Below, in pieces: positions 61,301 through 64,000 of a stretch of 64,000 nucleotides of DNA. How positions within the stretch are numbered: position 1 is the stretch's first letter; each line of letters opens with the position of its first letter. The notes under the pieces are model-generated. The model worked only from the letters and a program-made list of their open reading frames with translations. It ran no database searches and had not been told where the DNA came from. The DNA is from a virus, in the IMG/VR virus record IMGVR_UViG_3300008113_000144, positions 28,981 through 92,980 of that record. One strand, given 5' to 3'. The position numbers were made by a program, and so were the translations under genes.

Positions 61301-62877
61301 TTGAAGATCGAGGTTCTCTCCTGAGTGCCGTCAGCAGGGTCTGGAACATAGAGAGGTCTTACAATAGTTCTACGAAGGTCATAACCAATAAGTGAACAAC
61401 CTCTAGGAACAATAGCACCACCAGAAGCAGCATTAAACTTGTAAAGAACGTTATCTGGGTTGCTGAGATCAAGAATGGAATTATCTTCCCATTCTTCTAA
61501 AGCTCTATTGTAGTTAAATACTGGAATATCGCCAGTAATTTGAATGTCCGAAAGACTGAGAATATTGCCTTCAGAAATAACAGTGGTGATAATGCTAACA
61601 AGTGTATCAATTGATGCCTGTACATCAATACAAGTAGCAGCATTTCCTGATGGAAGATTTGGAACAATAGGACCACCAGAATTGTAAGTTGCTGGTCCAG
61701 AAAGGATATTTAAATCTTTTGAATAAAGCTGATTGGTTACAGCTTTCTTCATCATGTCACGAGCAGCATTGAAAGCAAATACTGATTGTGCTTCTTCACC
61801 TAGAAGACCGTTTGAAATTGGAAGACCTTCTTTCGTGAAATATGCCTTAGCAGCAGCAACAATATTAGCATTTCCGCCATTGGCTAAGTCAGCAGCAACA
61901 GCGTCAACAACATAACCGATATCACGCTTACACTTAGACTCTCCAGTACCGATAGTAGCAACTGTTTCGGCAGGAAGATTCTCAAGATTGCCAGTATTAA
62001 TAATACTAGTTACAAGAGTAGTTAAAGTATCAATTGTTGTTCTAATATCAGCACAAGAATTTGGACTTGTGTTAGATCCAGTAATTGGATCTTCTGTAAG
62101 AGTTAAATCTTTGTAAGTTAGCTGATTGGTTACAGCCGATTTCATTAAATCTCTTGCTTTGTTGAAAGCAGTAATTGACTCAGCTTCTTCTCCTTGAAGA
62201 CCGTTATCAATCCAAGCAGTTCCAGAATTATTGAAATAATTTTGAAGGAATTTACGGGTGTATCTGTTTCCTCCACCTAAAAGAACATCTAAAGATACAG
62301 CGTCAATAAAGAATCCAATGTCACGCTGACACTTAACAGAATCAGGATTTACAAAAGTTGGGTGAGTAATGGCAATTTGAGCAAAAGCGCCAGTAATAAT
62401 TTCCTGACGATTTTTTTGAATTAAACGATAAGAATCAAATCCTCTGTTTAACTCACTTTGAGTTGGATCTCCAGGTACTACCCAATCTGTGCCCCAAGCA
62501 GCTTCGTCGTATTGGATAGCAATTTCACCAAAAGCTCTATCAATAATTTCTTGTCTATTAGCAAGAATTAAATTTTTGGCGTCAAAGTATCTTTGCTTTT
62601 CGCCTCTATCAATTTCAACAAGTCCAGGTCTGTTATCAATAAAGTGATCACCAGGCATCAGCATGATGCTAAACTGGTCAAATCTATCGTTATCTTGTCC
62701 AGGTAGATAAGAATAACGGGCTACTTCAATAAAGGCTCTTTGAATTGTTTTAAAAGGACGTAGAGGTGAATTACCTCTGTTGTCTAATTCATCAGTAGCA
62801 TTAAAATCATCTGGAGAAACATAAAGATATTTACCAGTTTTGCTTGAATACAGATTATCAAGTCTTGTAAGAGCCAT
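52363..62877 (-). CDS. Giant virion structural/long tail fibre protein (3504 aa)
   Basis: LYVSPDDFNATD...GNSPLRPFKTIQRA N-terminus, repeated KCxRDIG..VDAV..D...GGN helical units, C-terminal GWWLMEI. Confidence 0.85.
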   Translation of the reverse strand: MALTRLDNLYSSKTGKYLYVSPDDFNATDELDNRGNSPLRPFKTIQRAFIEVARYSYLPGQDNDRFDQFSIMLMPGDHFIDNRPGLVEIDRGEKQRYFDAKNLILANRQEIIDRAFGEIAIQYDEAAWGTDWVVPGDPTQSELNRGFDSYRLIQKNRQEIITGAFAQIAITHPTFVNPDSVKCQRDIGFFIDAVSLDVLLGGGNRYTRKFLQNYFNNSGTAWIDNGLQGEEAESITAFNKARDLMKSAVTNQLTYKDLTLTEDPITGSNTSPNSCADIRTTIDTLTTLVTSIINTGNLENLPAETVATIGTGESKCKRDIGYVVDAVAADLANGGNANIVAAAKAYFTKEGLPISNGLLGEEAQSVFAFNAARDMMKKAVTNQLYSKDLNILSGPATYNSGGPIVPNLPSGNAATCIDVQASIDTLVSIITTVISEGNILSLSDIQITGDIPVFNYNRALEEWEDNSILDLSNPDNVLYKFNAASGGAIVPRGCSLIGYDLRRTIVRPLYVPDPADGTQERTSIFNLTGGCYLWQFTIKDGDLSENSPLYDSNDRVGKVYFQKGNNTQLAVPEYSHHKICIMTYADTDDLGLYYDKVATAFALFQPTIDDGDLEALPQENRIVGPLSDTRSIVNLRLKQSSNPSRTTIVATTKIAHGYFVNQYVAIVDNGLNDLLNGTFKVTAVDQEDPRVFEYEVTTTPAILGLDINETGYSNSTTPSLNLSARSQAEIDSVESASPYVFNCSIRSTWGLCGMWADGSKATGFKSMVVAQYTGVSLQRDDRAFIRYDEFSNTWNQASLTDAFATIPYHTKGDAYWKDDWRNFHIRASDDAFIQCVSVFAVGFFDHFLMESGGDMSITNSNSNFGNTSLHAIGFKGFAFNQDKGGYITDIIPVKEIDDSAFNEIDLKYYSIALQPSKDVSNQTKLYYGSDDAYSPFDRPSTSISGYRLGAKTDEKIYLKLKSPSGTTENYFSTVTPNGFKRYTTSLETLNPDGILIDNRAQDASNIIETNKTFIQQEAYGYILQKYPELSTKTTINISKCERDIGYFVDAVVQDLRLGGNINTIQAAEGYYIGGQLAYIPNELNETIEALDYVKNLCIAAMRNYDYLIRNCITTQGSSIVDIGDTSGILVGMKVTQYEYNTTNFTNGKLNPGATPVQVSSVIPNNVYVKRIIDATRIELGNLGSKLDQGLSVPANLNSSSAYLYFELPKTSNTLDSDSNLQGTWAATPAIKDDTLVQDVSTWGPTEGNGYPECSNVANAIQEYFVNIFLILNQGLTPLGGKEIDASNLIISNKELIVQEAIDRMLANNSGFSLSSFYPEFIDDVRLYVDAIAYNVKYGGNNNVYDFSREYVLQPNILSGERSEAIEVYVQVRDLAIQAMRNQVITIEGDHNLSQVIDNTVIGDISGQPGVYDPANDCADVASSITTFTGILTQAIGTDADPGDLTGINRVEPEFNNVTRVEPVLDTANLASRATLFTVNTGGGTSNPHKFETGTPVRLVPKAREGTNPDKRVIRLPRGFETNTIYYVIAPGRATSPEDYSDEAKYPNTFGPDESTKIMLARTKENAAAGIYIYSSETDSVDPEVEIELQQYVLDDTYDLHQYLCNFISGQTDVIQTDVPHIFDVPASADTVHKVFFRTFGDPSESELPQITNGGITEPIDINTYYYARFVTPKTFALFYTPAEAISGTPRIIFTPGFGKNFYVFSDKRESPVKFDASLVNDDTTTGQWYINTKNEISNEFNIISRIQELGDTLKDARSKNTFYKRLKDGRTAQDRIYRLRYVIPEYAQSVRDPLNGFVLKARTDETRRLLPQKIVLAPVASGSPDLAYFEIQVQQPTGGTIAQQLGLPKDQLDINFAYDPYNINQVKVIDSDKTQSKVSFSIQSARQVEVEGSNYIELTVFDYGITNDQLRNEKFTTVKIDAPQGGAFRFNTLSSVSNNRITWSGFSAGAGYLQGYFTVDGTDEHYLIIKNIDDNKRIEYNSLVDTVFTQPVLDNDGEPVVDGNGNAVVIFATLQAKENSVGSPDNALSKSDRKDYLYSIKDANVLTMTPGDIIEDDDSTQYRIISVEDAGEIEDSFYIFDIDEIQRRIPNQQAGIYYLTCIKGNISPYPTGPGVGTNFRNFKFSQPISQLYPLDYKNDPLWFQVRPDGTRDTSITDVPATICAADNFVHGLVTTNDSKNSETKEVVIDLVNNPALERYDYVSNAITAQPGNATSGSEDRLIPISGDSPYPTENRLYVELRRPSIARSGNHTFEYLGFGPGNYSTGFPLRQEVVLSDIQDFYAQSKREDGGIVFYTGLNSNGDLYIGNRKINAITGEETFLEKAELVSSDDEEGDLGGLVTTFELPVVFERDITVDGDANFNNPVTINVEPQEPFALTVVSNLNSAAGEDVTLDSATFALSDIPSEGNIVLSKNNIYSAIFTLNPRGNTALSGQNYSIRTHVDQTNGNVPSNYTPNQELGTLGLNVKFGSVDPIPGDILLKGNQVDKTGSLGWIFSNFYDEVTESVFTVTALGSNVVEFTLKVGVTNSDIGLVQGSKLKITGFTGRFANLNGLRTVGTVTTNKFQVTSPFIISTSVEDPTIIPSDWKIEISRNSWKEFGVLGAETIRTNTNNYGDFKLGINTLSRAKHGSDGDQLEGFVSEAVDPRANLDVVGNAFISGRTLSTTPNNFIDNPLLANRTFNKVDHAFIVGFDPRVNTPENEVVLRVASTTVGTASNAGGRIGINTTLSELDRNFVVKGNARITNDLKLESNLAVNGGSLTTTSTAFNLLDTIATSVNAFSVAEELNIGNITNEDQTINIGNVSNTQVVNVGRFAPTTELWIHSGSTNSLIDIGTVSETSTNTSIIRMGGAYGKLSNVESLFNIKNRYTEIDGNLSIGTYNPPGTGFSEFQTNSRELEMFSRNVSTLDFATSVTRLEIGGAGGFTTINNTLVVENAAEVKGDITLIGGLNAGAFTVRRGSFGTPTTLHDRGNIDNLNIDIFKKVEIERTIDTQGLSLWGGSEYQVNPANPEEYFLPIGEESFNQFGIGDYVLIDRSVQVTGQNTTASPVGEQYSELVQVIELTNLNDISDLPLRIKVKRARNALTGDQQLVPGPNVGSSTGTYRYLRTDHPDNAVLVKYTLAENVSYINEVNGLNNPGSGTTQTIQTGVFSGSVISGDILRFSDGELANVNSINQTTNQKFVINDGGNPSTEVFVVDSTTGNTDILGTLNVNKTFTLIGSTTTNQERLVITNGTSQRFAVDSATGDTCIFGDLGIGGANCDRFTVDGATSNTTLRGGNLLITDNNPVDDGDGGLVYGQKLFLQNSTGNLTISGTLSVEGTGLSTFSGDVKINGGDLTVNKIVSDGDGGTLEQKLFEISNDGSMDFAGVTGFFTPSGARKWVYVSGGEDVIEATSNVNYFVAPSADTIIKLPQSPTTGDIIRVVDVGGNLTYNISLRFRAPTGVRVQGDSTNSGQGPAIGSTYNGGELVVQSPNAGLGLVYIGALNYDGTTTGAPPSQQGWWLMEI

Positions 62878-62918
62878 AATTACTCAGACCTACTAGTTGT
62901 GTGCTTTCTTCTTCAAAG

Positions 62919-62926
62919 TATTTATA
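62919..62926 (-). promoter_or_regulatory. T4 late promoter TATAAATA
   Basis: Exact consensus upstream of giant gene. Confidence 0.85.
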
Positions 62927-62930
62927 CAAT

Positions 62931-62955
62931 AAAACCTCCCCCGAAGGAGAGGTTT
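62931..62955 (-). terminator. Terminator of the tRNA transcript
   Basis: AAACCTCTCC-TTCG-GGGGAGGTTTT, UUCG-capped hairpin. Confidence 0.8.
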
Positions 62956-62996
62956 CAAAGCACACGGAAGGGGTTTTGGTTCGGCAGTATCGCCTA

Positions 62997-63078
62997 TGGG
63001 CAGGGAGGGATTTGAACCCCCGTAGGCTGAGCCAGCGGATTTACAGTCCGCCTCCATTAACCACTCGGACACCTACCC
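62997..63078 (-). tRNA. tRNA-Tyr(GTA)
   Basis: Cloverleaf, GCGGA-CTGTAAA-TCCGC anticodon arm, long variable arm. Confidence 0.95.
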
Positions 63079-63081
63079 TAA

Positions 63082-63153
63082 CTGGAGTGGCAGGGATCGA
63101 ACCTGCGACCAATCGGTTAACAGCCGACCGCTCTACCGCTGAGCTACACTCCA
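63082..63153 (-). tRNA. tRNA-Asn(GTT)
   Basis: Cloverleaf, GTCGG-CTGTTAA-CCGAT. Confidence 0.95.
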
Positions 63154-63159
63154 ATAAAA

Positions 63160-63324
63160 TCAGTGTTGTTCCAAAAGAAACTCCACTGTATTAGCAATGT
63201 CATTCATCGCTATTCGTAAATCTGGTTGTTGACCAGATTCTTGGCGAACCACAGGACGATAATCATCTGTAAGAGTCCATCGCCATTGGTTCATTTCTGT
63301 ACAATACCAAAGATTAATTTTCAT
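63160..63324 (-). CDS. Small hypothetical protein (54 aa)
   Basis: MKINLWYCTEMNQWRWTLTDD...QESGQQPDLR.AMNDIANTVE. Confidence 0.75.
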   Translation of the reverse strand: MKINLWYCTEMNQWRWTLTDDYRPVVRQESGQQPDLRIAMNDIANTVEFLLEQH

Positions 63325-63468
63325 TTAAAAAACTTCTTTAGATTTAAGTTTTACCCAATTGAGTAAATTCATATATTGAAATTTATCGTCCGTTTCCTCC
63401 TTAGTTTGGATTAGGGTTTCTAGAGCTTCAATCACCATTTCGTGATCTTTCTTCGATAGAAGAGTCAT
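63325..63468 (-). CDS. Small hypothetical protein (47 aa)
   Basis: MTLLSKKDHEMVIEALE...NLLNWVKL. Confidence 0.65.
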   Translation of the reverse strand: MTLLSKKDHEMVIEALETLIQTKEETDDKFQYMNLLNWVKLKSKEVF

Positions 63469-63562
63469 ATTTTTACCCTCGACTTTTTTGACGATTTTTT
63501 GGCGGGAAATTTTTTCCCGATTTCATGGATTTAGTTTTTCAATTTCGGATTTCTAAATCCGA

Positions 63563-63644
63563 TGTCGGTAAGAGGACTTGAACCTCCACGAATTACTTCA
63601 CTGGAACCTAAACCCAGCGCGTCTACCAATTCCGCCACACCGAC
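63563..63644 (-). tRNA. tRNA-Leu(TAG)
   Basis: Cloverleaf, GGCGGAATTGGTAGACGC D arm, CTGGG-TTTAGGT-TCCAG anticodon arm, variable arm. Confidence 0.92.
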
Positions 63645-63735
63645 TTATGGGGCGAGGATGTCCACCTACGATAATCTACGATGTGGCTGAGGGGATCCTT
63701 CATTTAATACAACGTTCCTTGTTGTACCCTTTGTT

Positions 63736-63807
63736 ACCTCTGTCTAGGAATCGAACCTAGTTTCCATGTGTGTTGTCCACCTGTCCTTACCAATAGACTA
63801 CCAGAGG
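63736..63807 (-). ncRNA. tRNA-like RNA with degenerate anticodon arm
   Basis: Acceptor CCTCTG/CAGAGG, D arm, T arm CTAGG-TTCGATT-CCTAG intact; anticodon stem poorly paired. Confidence 0.7.
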
Positions 63808-63809
63808 GT

Positions 63810-63885
63810 TGGGAGCGAGAGGTGGGAATTGAACCCACTACCTGAGGCTTATGAGACCTCCGTGCAACCGTTACACTTCTCCGCA
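63810..63885 (-). tRNA. tRNA-Met(CAT), atypical
   Basis: GAGGT-CTCATAA-GCCTC; 1:72 mismatch and one-base bulge in acceptor stem; encoded CCA. Confidence 0.8.
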
Positions 63886-63891
63886 ATGATG

Positions 63892-64000
63892 AGAGGGGTA
63901 GCTCAAAAATGCTAATTTAAAATCAGCGGGTAAGCATCCCTCCCCAATTCCAGTTATTGCTACGTCATTCTCTACCTAACTGGCAACCTTCAAGATGACG
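63892..64000 (-). ncRNA. Structured RNA element (pseudoknot plus nested hairpin), truncated by window edge
   Basis: Interleaved complementary pairs CGTCAT/ATGACG and CCAGTTA/TAACTGG. Confidence 0.5.

Noticed and set aside
62901-63760. Plus-strand ORFs 62901-63194 and 63578-63760
   Set aside because: Antisense translations of tRNA genes

Overview
64 kb segment of a T4-like cyanomyovirus genome (Kyanoviridae-type; inferred from the baseplate/tail genes, T4 late promoters and cyanophage-typical auxiliary genes). Essentially all real genes lie on the minus strand. Layout: 1-6965 late baseplate block (gp7-like, gp6, gp25, PAAR, small proteins); 6966-7290 AT-rich non-coding gap; about 7300-38950 early/accessory region of many small ORFs, plus a GP88-like protein, 2OG-Fe(II) oxygenase, flavin-dependent halogenase, thioredoxin-like protein, an RNA-repair cluster (two ligases, split kinase/phosphatase) and a helicase-HNH-DNA adenine methylase operon; 39.3-62.9 kb tail fibre/structural block, in which two genes are broken by frameshifts; 62.99-64 kb tRNA cluster (Tyr, Asn, Leu, Met) with an aberrant tRNA-like RNA and a pseudoknotted element. 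The most striking unexplained structure is a family of 16 palindromic 22-bp boxes (GTGMCAS-N8-STGKCAC). They sit a near-fixed 29-32 nt upstream of sigma70-type -10 elements, often overlap the stop codon of the preceding gene, and divide the early region into cassette-like units. Two boxes also appear to serve opposite-strand promoters, one pointing into an AT-rich tract followed by three cyanobacterial-type DnaA boxes (candidate origin). All calls come from reading the sequence by eye; no searches were run.
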